64,000 nucleotides of DNA from Dictyostelium discoideum (GCA_000004695.1 CM000151.3:5568001-5632000), one strand, 5' to 3'. Counted from the first letter of the stretch, positions 15,526 through 27,237 are shown. Translations and numbers: made by a program. Notes: generated by a model not told the origin, from the sequence alone.

Positions 15526-16443
15526 ATGAGCAAAGAAGATAAAATAACTCAACAATGTATTCAAAGATTGGAAGAATTATTAAAATTGGAAGAAAATAGA
15601 TATTGTGCTGATTGCAGTTCAAAGAGTAAGTTTTTTTTTTTTTTTTTTTTTTAATTAAATTTAAATTAAAATAAAATTTAAATCATATCATTTTTTTTTT
15701 TTTTTTTTTTTAAATTTATATAAATCATATTAAAATACACACCCATTTATTTATTATTATTGTTATTATTATTGTTTTTTAATTTTATTATTATTTACTA
15801 ACAAATGAAATTTAATTGGAAATAATAAATTTAAAAAAAAGATCCAAGATGGTGTTCAACCAATTTAGGTATTTTTGTTTGTATAAAATGTTCAGGTATT
15901 CATAGATCATTAGGTGTCCATATCTCAAAGGTTAGAAGTGTTACACTTGATAAATGGAATTTTGAATTATTACAACAAATGGTTGATGGAGGTAACAAAA
16001 AAGTGAATCAAATCTATGAAGAGTTCATGCCAGCTCACTATAGAAAACCAGATCCAAACACTGATACACAGTAAGTATAGAATAGGATTTTATTCATCAA
16101 AAAAAAATTGAATAAACTTTATTAATAATATTGTTATTATTATTGTCTCTTTTTTATTCTAGCACTTTAGAACAATTCATTAGAAGTAAATATGAAAGAA
16201 AAGAATTTATGAGAAGAGATATTAGTTCTCGTACTGGAAATAATAATAATAATAATAATAATAATCATCACCAACAACACCAACAACAACAACCAAGACG
16301 TGAAAACTATGGTGGTAATAGTGGAGGTGGTTTCTCTTCAACAAATAATGTAGAATTACGTTCATACTCACAAAATAATAATAATAGCAATGGCTATAAC
16401 AATAACAATAATAACAATAACTACAACAACAACAATAACAACA

Positions 16444-16476
<33 letters not shown>

Positions 16477-17615
16477 GAGGATATTCAACTACTAACCCAA
16501 GTAATCAATCACATGGATTTGTTAGACCATCAATAGCAAATGGTTTTGCAACAACTGAATTTAATAATCATAACAATAACAATAACAATAGTAATAATAA
16601 TAATAATAATAATAATTTCAATAATAACATAAAACCACCAACACCAGTTCAAACAAAGAGTAATGTATCATTAATTGATGACCAATGGAATAGCGCACCA
16701 CAAGGTAAGAAATCATTAATCGATGATGATTTCAATGGTCCATCTGTTGCACCACAACAACAACCACATAGTACCTTTGATCCATTTGTTGGTTCAAAAG
16801 TAAGCAGCAATGGTGCTAACAATAACAATATCAATATGAACAACAATATGAACAACAATATGAACAACAATATGAATAATAATATGAACAACAATAATAT
16901 GAATAAACAACCATTTAATAATAATGGATTCCCTACACCACCAACTGGTATGAATAGTATGATGGGAGGTAACAATAATAACAATTTCAATATGATGAAT
17001 AATGGTGGTGGTATGATGCCAATGAATAATGGTATGATGAACAATGGTGGCATGATGAATAATGGTGGTGGTGGTATGATGCCAATGAATAATGGCGGTA
17101 TGATGCCAATGAATAATGGTGGTATGATGAACAATGGTGGTATGTTGAATAATGGTGTTATGATGAACAATGGTGGTATGATGCCAATGAATAATGGAGG
17201 TATGATGGGAGGATTTGGTGGTATGATGCCAATGAATAATGGTGGTATGATGGGTGGTGCTAACAATATGGGTGGCATGAATTTAGGAATGAATGCTATG
17301 TCTCCAATGGGTGGTGCTCCAATGAATAACAATATGGGCGCTATGAATTTAGGAATGAATGCTATGTCTCCAATGGGTGGTGCTCCAATGAGGTCACCAG
17401 CAGCTGCTGGAAATAACTCTTTCAATATTACTCCAACTTCTGCTACTCCAACTCCACCACAACCATCTCAATTCTCTTCTTTGGATTCTTTAATGTTTAC
17501 TTCATCCCCATCTCAACCAAAACAATCACAACCATCTCAATCATTTGGTAACAATTTCCCAATCACTGCAAATAATTCAAATAACAACAATAATGTTAAT
17601 AGCTTATTCTTTTAA
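15526..17615 (+). CDS. SMAP-type Arf GTPase-activating protein with a long Asn/Gln/Met-Gly-rich tail; join(15526..15625,15842..16070,16163..17615)
   Basis: Exon 1 reads MSKEDKITQQCIQRLEELLKLEENRYCADCSSK. Exon 2 reads NPRWCSTNLGIFVCIKCSGIHRSLGVHISKVRSVTLDKWNFELLQQMVDGGNKKVNQIYEEFMP…, giving the C-x2-C-x16-C-x2-C ArfGAP zinc finger plus the R-finger. Exon 3 starts …TLEQFIRSKYERKEF (SMAP1/2-like). Introns are GTAAGT at 15626 …AG at 15841 and GTAAGT at 16071 …AG at 16162, and the phases are consistent. Confidence 0.85.
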
Positions 17616-17796
17616 TAAAATATTACAATAATAATAATAAAAATACAAAAAAAAGAAAAAAATGAAAAAAAAGAAAAAAAAAAAAAGAAATGAAATAAAA
17701 AAAAAATATTTATAAAATGAAAATTAAAAAAAATAAATAAAAATATATAGTATTTTCAATTTGTTGTTTTATTTCTTTTATTTAATATTTAAAATT

Positions 17797-18734
17797 TTAA
17801 AATATTTTCAAACGATCAGGGGAACATTGGTCTTCAAAATATTTGGAAATAAAAGTGTAACTATGTCTTGATATTTGATAACAACAATAATGTGGAGGAC
17901 AATCAATATTTTCATAACAAACTGCCATTGGTCTTGGTGGTAAAGTTGAGCCAGTTGTTGTGGTACTTGATGTTGCTCCAATTGTAGATGAATAGATAGT
18001 TGATAATTCAGTGGTATGGCTTACGGTTGTTAGGTCAGTTGTGGTTGTTGGAATAAATGTTGTTGAAGTAGTAGATGGTGATGTTGTTGGCATTGTTGTG
18101 GTTGTTGACATTGTTGAAATTGTTGTTGGTGAAAATGTTGAAATTGTTGTTGGATTGAGTGTTGTTGATGTAGTTGCAGAAGTTGTAGTTGTTGGTAATG
18201 AAGTTATTGTTGAAGTTGTTGGAATTGATGTAGTTGTGGCCTCACTTGTTATAATAGAGGTGGTTGTAGTTGTAGTTATTTCTACACATAGACATCCACC
18301 ACCTTCACAATATGGATATAGACAGTCATCAGTTACTGGACACTCTACAAAATTCGTTGTAGAGTGTTCAGAATTTTCATCACATTGTTTTGGGAAACAT
18401 AAATCAGTAGTGTTACAATTACTTTCATCACATCTACAACCGGCAATATAAGCGTGTTCACAACAAGTTCCTTCTGTACAATAATCAAGTGTACATGCAT
18501 CACCATCACCACAATCTCTATCTGCTACTACACAGGTACCACATAAAGTTCTCTTTTGAGAACAACTTGTTAGATCATCAAAACATTGATTTCTACAAAT
18601 ACCATCACTAAATTAAATAAAAAATAAAAATTAATATTTTTTTATAACAATAATTAAAAAAAAAAAAAAAAAAAAAAAATAATACACACTTCACAAAATC
18701 CACATTCATCAACATAACTACAAAATATTCCCAT
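17797..18734 (-). CDS. Cys-rich plus Thr-rich mucin-like extracellular protein (spore-coat/prestalk-matrix-like); model join(18734..18688,18607..17797)
   Basis: The large exon encodes about 110 aa with about 26 Cys (CxxC and CC pairs), followed by about 100 aa of Thr/Ser/Pro-rich low complexity, and ends with a C-terminal Cys-rich knot (CYENIDCPPHYCCYQ). An 80-nt AT-rich intron (18687..18608) joins a small upstream exon MGIFCSYVDECGFCE. No signal peptide is seen, so this may be the 3' part of the PA14 gene immediately upstream. Confidence 0.55.
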
Positions 18735-18835
18735 ATTATTAGTTATATTGCAAGAAAGAATTCTCTATGGTCAACATTATCCATATGTTGATAACCGAAA
18801 ATATTAGCAGTATGAGTATGATTAAGATAATCATT

Positions 18836-19674
18836 TCAAAAAATAAGGTGTTCACCATATGGATTTTCGCTGAAACCAATACCTCCTTTGTCAATCACTA
18901 ATTGATTATCAATGAATGCCCAAATCTCACCAGGTGAATCAATTGTTAAAAAAGCGAATATAGGTAATCTACTAATTGGAATTGGTCCATTAAATCTAAA
19001 TGAAAAATGGGGTTCAAAACAAAATAAACCTTGATCAATATCGTTATCATAATTAAATAATGTTTGGTTATTAAAACCAATATCAGAGTATGAAAATGGA
19101 TATGAACTAATTTCTCCAAAATTACAATCTGGACATTCTATAAAATATTCAAATGGAAAATCAACTCTATAGGATGGACATTGAGAGTCATCAACAACGC
19201 CATATGGAGCATCGGCAAACCATTGACTAACTGAATTTTCTCCATGCACAACAATTACATTTGGATCATTAGTTGATTCAACTTCACTATCACCCTAAAA
19301 TTTAGATAAATAAATAAAAAATTAGTATTTTCTTTCAATTCATTTAAAAAATAGATACATACACAACAAAAACCTGGATTTGAAATTGTATCTGAATAAT
19401 TTTTAAAAATTTCTGGTAATATCTTCGTCTAAACTGGAAAGATCCAATCCAAAATCTAAATTTCTATCTGGTTTAAATTGCCATGTCTTAAATATCATCT
19501 GAGGTATTTCTAATGATAATGATGATAATGATGATAATGAGAAAATCATATTTAATATTTTAAAAGATATTAAATTTAAAAAAAAAAAAAAATAAAAAAA
19601 AAAAAAAACATACCTTGCCCATTGACAAAATATACAAAATTAAGTATTGATAATAATAGTATTATCGTTTTCAT
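18836..19674 (-). CDS. Secreted PA14-domain protein; model join(19674..19614,19412..19363,19294..18836)
   Basis: Exon 1 is a signal peptide MKTIILLLSILNFVYFVNGQ followed by a GTATGT donor (phase 1). The large exon (ORF 18836..19249, open to 19294 after acceptor tttag) contains the PA14 core …FAFLTIDSPGEIWAFIDNQLVIDKGG…. A 50-nt bridging exon (19412..19363, phase 1 to 0, GTATGT donor) is the only combination found that connects the phases. It is speculative, and the skipped region is less AT-rich than typical introns. The ORF ends at an in-frame TGA (18836) that is followed by 30 more coding-like codons (see findings). Confidence 0.5.
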
Positions 19675-20036
19675 TTTTGAAATCCTTAATTCTCAATGAG
19701 TATTAAATTTTTTGATTCTTTTTTAATTTATTAATTTATTAATTTATTTTTTTATTTTTTTATTTTTTTATTTTTTTATTTTAATTTTTTTATTATTTTT
19801 TATTATTTTTTATTATTTTTTTGTGTGTATAAATAAAAAGTGGGTCATTTTACAATTTTGTTTTTATAAACTTTTAATAGTGTGTTATTATTTAAACTCA
19901 CACCCACTTATTAGTATTTTTTGATTTTTTTTATTTATTTGGACAAAAACTAAATCTATTATTAGAAAAAAAAAAAAGAATGATATATTTATTTTAAATT
20001 AATTAAAAAAACAAATATATATATTTTATTAATTTT

Positions 20037-20891
20037 TTATTGAGTTAAATTTTCACGACATGGGCAACAACCAAAGGGTTTTTCACCTGGTTTACAATAT
20101 TTAATATCCATTGTGCACATAGCTTTAGAACAATCTGGAACTTTGGTTTCTTGAGGTGTGCAAGGACAACAACCAGTTGGAAGTTCACCATTTTTACAAT
20201 ATCTAATGTCCATTGTACACATTACATCAGAACAATCTGGTTTTTTAGTTGGTTGAGGTGTACATGGACAACAACCAGTTGGAAGTTCACCTTCTTTACA
20301 GTATTTCAAAATCTTTGGACATGGAACTCTTGAACAATCTGGTTTTTTAGTTGGTTGAGGTGTACATGGACAACAACCAGTTGGAAGTTCACCTTCTTGG
20401 CAATATTTTAAAATCTTTGGACATGGAACTTTTGAACAATCTGGTTTTTTAGTTGGTTGAGGTGTACATGGACAACAACCAGTTGGAACTTCACCATCTT
20501 TACAATATTTGATTTGAAGAGTACATGCGACACCTGTACATGGTTCACAACGACCACAACAAGAATCGGTCATGTTTAATCTATAATATGGTTTACATAC
20601 TGGTCTAGCACATTTAACAAGGGAGCAATCTGGTTTGGTTGGTGGGAGAGTACATGGACAACAACCGGTTGGAACTTCACCATCTTGACAATATTTGACT
20701 TGAAGAGTACATGCAACATCGGTACAAGGTTCACAACGACCACAACAAGAATCGGTCATGTTTAATCTATAATGAGGTTTACATATTGGTTGGGCACATC
20801 TAACGAGGGAGCAATCAACATTAACTTCACTTTTAACTGATAGTACCAAACAACTTGATAGAATTAATAATAGTATTAGTTTATTTAACAT
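20037..20891 (-). CDS. Secreted cysteine-rich tandem-repeat protein (VWC-like CC-x-C-x-PC units)
   Basis: 284 aa with signal peptide MLNKLILLLILSSCLVLSVKS. It has 2 copies of a 48-aa unit (DCSLVxCAxPxCKPxYRLNMTDSCCGRCEPCTxVACTLQxKYCxDGEVPTGCCPCT) and then 6 copies of a ~31-aa unit (PDCSxVxCxxxIxYCxxGExPxGCCPCTPQxTK[K/V]). The underlying 90-93-nt DNA units are near-identical (e.g. ggtgtacatggacaacaaccagttggaa recurs at about 20270, 20361, 20461 and 20640). Confidence 0.8.
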   Translation of the reverse strand: MLNKLILLLILSSCLVLSVKSEVNVDCSLVRCAQPICKPHYRLNMTDSCCGRCEPCTDVACTLQVKYCQDGEVPTGCCPCTLPPTKPDCSLVKCARPVCKPYYRLNMTDSCCGRCEPCTGVACTLQIKYCKDGEVPTGCCPCTPQPTKKPDCSKVPCPKILKYCQEGELPTGCCPCTPQPTKKPDCSRVPCPKILKYCKEGELPTGCCPCTPQPTKKPDCSDVMCTMDIRYCKNGELPTGCCPCTPQETKVPDCSKAMCTMDIKYCKPGEKPFGCCPCRENLTQ

Positions 20892-21879
20892 TTTTGTGCT
20901 TTTCTAAAATTTTAATAATGAAAAAAAAATAACAAAAAAAATATGTCCTATTTATATTAGTATTTTTTTTTAATAATGAAAAAAAAAAAAAAAAAAATTT
21001 AATTGAAAATAATTCAATTAAATAAAAAAAACCAAATTTCCTTTTTTATAATTAAATAACAATAATAACAATTTAATTTATCCAAATCATTATAAAAATA
21101 AAAAAAATAATAATATAAAAAAATAAAATCTTCCAACACTCCCCCATTATAATAAAAATGATTTTTTTTGTTTTTTTTTTATTTATTTTTTTTTTGTAAA
21201 TTTTTTTAATTAGATCTAGTGAATCGGAATTAATAAAAACCAACGTTCTATTTGTTGAAATTAAAAAAAAATAATATTTTCATATACATACAAAATATTC
21301 TAATTTAAAAAATAAATAATAAAAAGATAGTGAAAAAAAAAAAAAAAAAAAAATTTAATTTAAATAAAAAAAAAAAAAAAAAAAAAGTTGCACTGGTGTT
21401 AATTTGAATAAAAAAAAAAAAAAACACAAAATAAAACAATTACACAAGTATTATTCAAATAAAATCTCAAAAAATAAATGGTTAACAGAATTATAGATTA
21501 TTTAATGGAAAAAAAAAAAAATCTCAAATGAAATAACATTTTTATTTTTTAATTTTGGTTACACACAAGAAGAAAACATAATTTAAGGAGAGGTATTTGA
21601 AATTTATTTCTGTATTTTATCCACCCTTATATAAAAAAACTCGGTTACTAACAAAAATAAGTCTGTTACCATTAGAGTTAACAACTAATGAAAATTTTTA
21701 AAATAAATAATTCATTTAGTTATATTTTTTTTTTTTTGAAATATCATCGAGTTTCTGTTCAAATATATGATGGTTTTTGGTAATGAAATAACACAATCGA
21801 AATAAAAAAAAAATAAAAAAAAAAATAATTTAAATAATACCCATTATTTCAGTATTTATTGGTAAATATTTAATATCAA

Positions 21880-22340
21880 ATTTTAAATTAACATATTTAG
21901 ATCCAATATTTACAGTTATTCCAACTATCCAAAATAATTAAGATGGAATTTAAATAGTAATTGGTGGGATTAGTTTATCAGATATTGTAAATGCAACTTT
22001 AACACTATCTTCAAATAATAAAAAAAATAATAATACTATAATACCTCTAAAATGTAATTTTCAATGTAGTCTATCACCAAATCAAACATTAGTTTATTAT
22101 AATAATCCGAAATTAAGTTCAAATGAAAGTGAAATTACAAATGATACCGATCGTTTATCATGTCATTCAAATTCAAACATCAAGAATATTATACCTTCAA
22201 TTTGACCCAACATTATATCATTATGGTGTTAAATTGGATATTGGTCACCATCATCATCATATAGTGTGGTAAGTAAATCATCTAAATTATTAAGTAATAC
22301 AATTGCAGGTATTACAATTAGTTGTATAATTGATGTTGGT
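21880..22340 (+). pseudogene. Coding-like segment without an intact ORF; possible degenerate or unmodelled small secreted/GPI-anchored protein gene
   Basis: Composition is about 65% AT (versus >85% in flanking intergenic DNA). The region reads …VIGGISLSDIVNATLTLSSNN…LKCNFQCSLSPNQTLVYYNNPKLSSNESEITNDTDRLSCHSNSNIKNIIPSI* and then, in another frame, …SNTIAGITISCIIDVGSLVALF* (a GPI-signal-like hydrophobic tail). It is interrupted by stops and frame changes, and a GTAAGT at about 22269 has an AG only about 40 nt downstream. Confidence 0.3.
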
Positions 22341-22466
22341 TCTCTTGTTGCTTTATTTTAAATTAATAAAAATAATAATAATAATAATAATAATATTCTT
22401 AGAATTCTTTTTGTTTTTTATTTAATGTTTCTAATAAAAAAAAAATAAAAAAAATATATTTTATAT

Positions 22467-25400
22467 TTATTGAAGTAAATTTAATTTTAATTTTTTACTA
22501 TCAAATGATTTTTCTAAATTAAAAACTTGATCAAATTCACTTTGGACACTAATATCATGATCGATTACAACTACAGAATCTTTTTCTTGTAAATTTCTAA
22601 GAAGATCACAAATGATTGGTTTAACGGAAGAATCTAAATGGTTTGTGAGTTCATCGATGATAATTGTTGTTATTCTTGAACCTGAATGGTTGAAAACCAC
22701 TTCACTTAGAGCAAAAGGGCTATAAGATAATTCTACACAACGTCTTTGACCACCACTTAATTGATAAAATGATCTTGGTACTAATGTACCATCCTTTGAA
22801 GATAATTCAAATACTTCTAAAGATAACTCCTCTTGATTATCGATTGAGAGTTTTGTAAATAATTTACCCTTTGATAATATTGAAAGGAATTGATTTGCAT
22901 AGGTTTCAACTTGTTCAATTACATTTAACAATACCATCAATGGTAAACCACTAGCACTGAAACCTGTCTCCCAGAATTGGTAATTCAATAATTGAGATTG
23001 AACATCTTTAAATAAAGATTCATTCAATTCAATTGAATTCATTAGTTTTTCAATATTTTGTTGTTTCTCTTTAATCTTTTCATTAAATGGATTTAAAGAT
23101 TGTTCCAATTGTAAAATTTGATTTTTTCTATTACCAATTGAGTCTTTTAAATAACCTAAATTAATTTCAATCTTTGAATAATCTTGAATTTGTTTATTTA
23201 AAAATTGTAATTCAATTTGTTTATCTTTTAACTCTAATTGAATCTTTAATTTCCTTTCATCAATTAATTTCTTTTCATTTTCAAATTCAATTTTCAATTG
23301 ATTTTCTTTATTTTCAAATTCTTTAATTTCATTTTGAAATTTTTCAGATTTAATTTTTAAATTTTCAATTTTATCTTTAATATTATTAGTTTCATTTTCA
23401 TCATTATTATTAATTAAAGTTTGACCACATTGACTACATTTATTCTCAATTAAATGCTTATTTAAATGGTTAATTGTATCTGTTAAATTTTTAAATTCAA
23501 ATTGATTTTGTTTAATTCCATATTTTAAATTTGTTAAATTTTCATTAAATTTAATTGATAATCTAGTTGAATCACGTTGAATTATTTCCTTTTCATTTTC
23601 TAATGATCTAATTAATTTTTGAATTTCATTAATTTTATCTTTTGTAATATTTAAATTATTATTTTCTTTATTATCTTCATGATTATAGATAATTAAAGTA
23701 TTATTTAAATTTTGAAAATTAATTAAATCTTTTTCTAATTGTTGATTTAAAATTGATAAATTTGTTGATTTTTCATTTAACCAATCTAAAGATTGTTTTT
23801 GAAAATCAATTGACGACCAAGTTGATAATGAAGATTTTTCATTTGAAATTAATTTTTCAAGATTATCTAATTCTGATTTTTTCTTTTTTCTCAATTCTTT
23901 TGATAATTTTGCAGCAGGTATACAAGTACCTAATGAAAATATACGTGATAATAATTCTTTTCTACGTTTATCAGTATCAGTTACAAAATTTGAAATTGAA
24001 CCTTGACCTAAATAAATACTCATTCTAAAGCAATCATAATCTAAACCGATTATATTGTTAATCAATGACTGTTGATCTAAAACACCCTGTTTAAAATTAT
24101 CATTATCCTCATCTAAACCATTGATAACAATTTTTGAACCGGATTTCCTAGTTTTGGATCTCACGATTTCAATAGATTTACAATCATCAATTAATAATTC
24201 AACTTTAACAGATGCCTGTTTAGATTGATCATTTATAACCTCATCACCTTTAATACTTGAACTTGAAGTTGACTGTTTCTTTGGAGAAGTATTACCATAT
24301 AAACACCACACCAATGCTTCGAATATTGTTGATTTACCAGACCCCATTTCACCTCTAATCATAATCATTCTATTTATCATCTCTTGTTGATCAACATCCA
24401 TTGATAAATTTAATTCTAATTCACCACCTAATCCACAAAAATCTTTAATTGTAATCTTTTGAATTTTAACTTTTCTACCCATAGGTACAATGGTTGGCTC
24501 ATTCACCATTGATAATATCTCTTTACCTAAATATAATAATTTCTTTTTCGATTCATTTTCTTCAACTAAAAAATTTCTTTCAATTTGTTGATCAATATAA
24601 TTTTCTAAAAAATCTTCCAATTTAAATTTAATTGGTGTTATTGTCGTTGTTGTTGTTATTTTATTATCATTTAAATTTTCATTTGTTTTAAAAAGTTGTT
24701 TTTTTATTGAATTTTCATTGATCATAACTCTTCTTAAATCAATGAATGGTGGTAAAGAATTAATTGAATCAATATAATCTTTTGATTTCATATTATCTAA
24801 AGTTGATTGAACTTCAACAATATCTTTTGATTTAACTAATGAAGTTTTACTTGACTCAAATGGAAAATATAATTTATGATGACGTGGTAAATCATTGAAA
24901 TCAATAAATCTTGGTTTAATTTCATTTGAATCAACAAATGCAACGCCATGTGGATCATTCATCTCTCCAAAATTTTGTTCATATGGACTGCCAATATACC
25001 AAAAATTATTTGAAATTTGTTGACGTTTATGATAATGTCCTAAATAACATGATCTAATATTATTACTACTACTACTATTATTATTATTTTCATTATTATT
25101 TTCAATTATTAAATCTTCAATTTGAAATTTACCATGTGATTTATAACCACCATTTGAAATCGCACCTTTAATTTCGGCATGTGCAAAAACAGTCCATTTA
25201 TTATGAATTGATGAATCAATATTTGGTTTAATAGTTGATAAATTTGTAAATAATTGTTTTTGTTCTTCTTTTTGTTCTCTCCATGGTAAATATGCAAAAC
25301 CATTATCATAATCAATGATTGGATCAGTTGCAACTTTAAAATTTGGAAATAGGGAAAACATTTGAATAGCATGTACACTACCATCAATAGAAACTTGATC

Positions 25401-25683
25401 ATGATTACCTGGTATGAATATGGTTTCAATATTACATCTCTTCCATTGTTCAAATTCTTTTAATAATTGATCAATATGTCTAACATGAAGTATATTACGT
25501 TGATGCCAAAAATCACCTAAAAATATAACTGGTGTTGGTCCAATATTACTATCAATATTACCATTATTATTATTATTAATTGATTCTAAACAACTTAATT
25601 CTCTAACTTTTTTTAAAACGTCAATAGTTCTATCTAATGATTTTGATGATACATGTAAATCTGTAAATAATAATCTTTTCCAA

Positions 25684-25726
<43 letters not shown>

Positions 25727-25823
25727 CTCTACTATTAGTATTACTAAAACCCCTTTTTATTTCATTTTCTATTCTTCTTAGATTAATTTTATTATTTTTT
25801 ATTAATAAATTATTAATCATCAT
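22467..25823 (-). CDS. Single-polypeptide SbcD-SbcC-like fusion: an N-terminal Mre11/SbcD-type metallophosphoesterase nuclease fused to a Rad50/SbcC-type ABC ATPase with coiled coil and CxxC hook
   Basis: 1118-aa uninterrupted ORF. Nuclease motifs: TDLHVS (motif I, D-x-H), FLGDFWH (II, GD), IPGNHDQ (III, GNHD), FAHAEI, YLGHYHKRQ (GHxH), YIGSPYEQ. ATPase motifs: Walker A IRGEMGSGKST (about aa 490), Q-loop SIYLGQGS, about 450 aa of heptad-rich coiled coil containing CSQCGQ (hook-like CxxC near its centre), ABC signature LSGGQRRCV, Walker B/D-loop TTIIIDELTNHLD, H-loop VVVIDHD. The order nuclease then ATPase mirrors the bacterial sbcD-sbcC operon order. Confidence 0.8.
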
Positions 25824-26067
25824 TAATTAAATTAAATAAAAAAATAAAAAAATAGAATAGTTAAAATTAATGAAAAAAAAAAAAAAAAAAAAATTAAAAA
25901 ACGAATTTAAAATTAAAAAAAAAAAAAAAAAAAAAATATTAAAAAAATATTTAATTAAATTTAAAAATATCGTAACCTTTTGGTTATTTAAATAATATAC
26001 AAGTTTTTATTTTAAATGGTTTTTTTTTTTTTTTTTCACCTTTTTAAAATTATTATAGTTTTACACA

Positions 26068-26129
<62 letters not shown>

Positions 26130-26154
26130 ATAATTTATATATGTAATAATAAAT

Positions 26155-26499
26155 TTATAAATCGTCAATTGTGAATATTAAAAATAATTCTTCACTATTT
26201 TTTTTTTCTAAAAATTTCTTTTGTTTTTGTTGAACTATATTTTTTGAAGATGATCTTTTAAGTGGTGAATTCATTTGTTTGGAATTTGATAATTCATTTG
26301 TTACATATCTCTTTTCGTTACCAATTATATTATTATTGCTATTAATATTTTCATTTTTAATTGTATTATAAATATTTATATGGGTTGGGTATTGTTGTTG
26401 TTGTTGTTGTTGTTGCTGTTGTTGTTGATTTTTATTACATTGAATTTTTTCATTTATTTTGTCATGGCTTTTAATTTTAAAATTTAATAGGAATGTCAT
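26155..26499 (-). CDS. Small hypothetical protein (114 aa) with a poly-Gln tract
   Basis: The ORF is not an obvious antisense artefact of a neighbouring gene. It has no recognised domain and is AT-rich. Confidence 0.25.
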   Translation of the reverse strand: MTFLLNFKIKSHDKINEKIQCNKNQQQQQQQQQQQQYPTHINIYNTIKNENINSNNNIIGNEKRYVTNELSNSKQMNSPLKRSSSKNIVQQKQKKFLEKKNSEELFLIFTIDDL

Positions 26500-27194
26500 T
26501 TTATATTTTCATAAACAAAACATAAAAATTGATTTTTTTTTTATATTATTTATTTATTAATTTATTTTTTTATATTTATTATTAAATTCGATTTTTAAAT
26601 ATATGTGCCTAATTTTCTTTTTTTTTATTAAATTTAAAAATTAATTAATATGAATTTTCTTTTTAATTTTTTAATTTAATTTTAATTTAATTTTTATTAA
26701 AAAAAAAAAAAAAAAAATGGTTTTGATCATTTGGATTTTTTTATGAAAAAAAAAATACTTTCAAAACTATTTCAGAATTCTTGGTATGGTGGGACTAAAA
26801 AATATTGTGTATAAAAAAAAAAAAAAGTTTTTAAAAAAAAAAAAATTTAAAAATTAAAAAAACCACGGAGGGGGTGGTAGTTTAAGCAATAATGTGAATG
26901 TTGGTGTTGGTTGTTTAAAATTAAATTATCTAAAAAACAATTAAACCGAACAAATACAATTATGCTCAATTTTTACACTTTTATATATTGTACGTTTATG
27001 AGTGCTTTTTTTTTTTACTTATATATATTGTACGTTTATGAGTGCTTTTTTTTTTTTTTTTTTTTTTTTGATAATTTTTTATTTTTTATTTTTTATTTTT
27101 TTTTGTTGGTATTATTATTATTATTTAATTTTTTTTTTTTTTAAATACTTGTTTTATTTAATTTTTTTTTTTTTTTTTTCTTTGTCTCGTTTGC

Positions 27195-27237
<43 letters not shown>

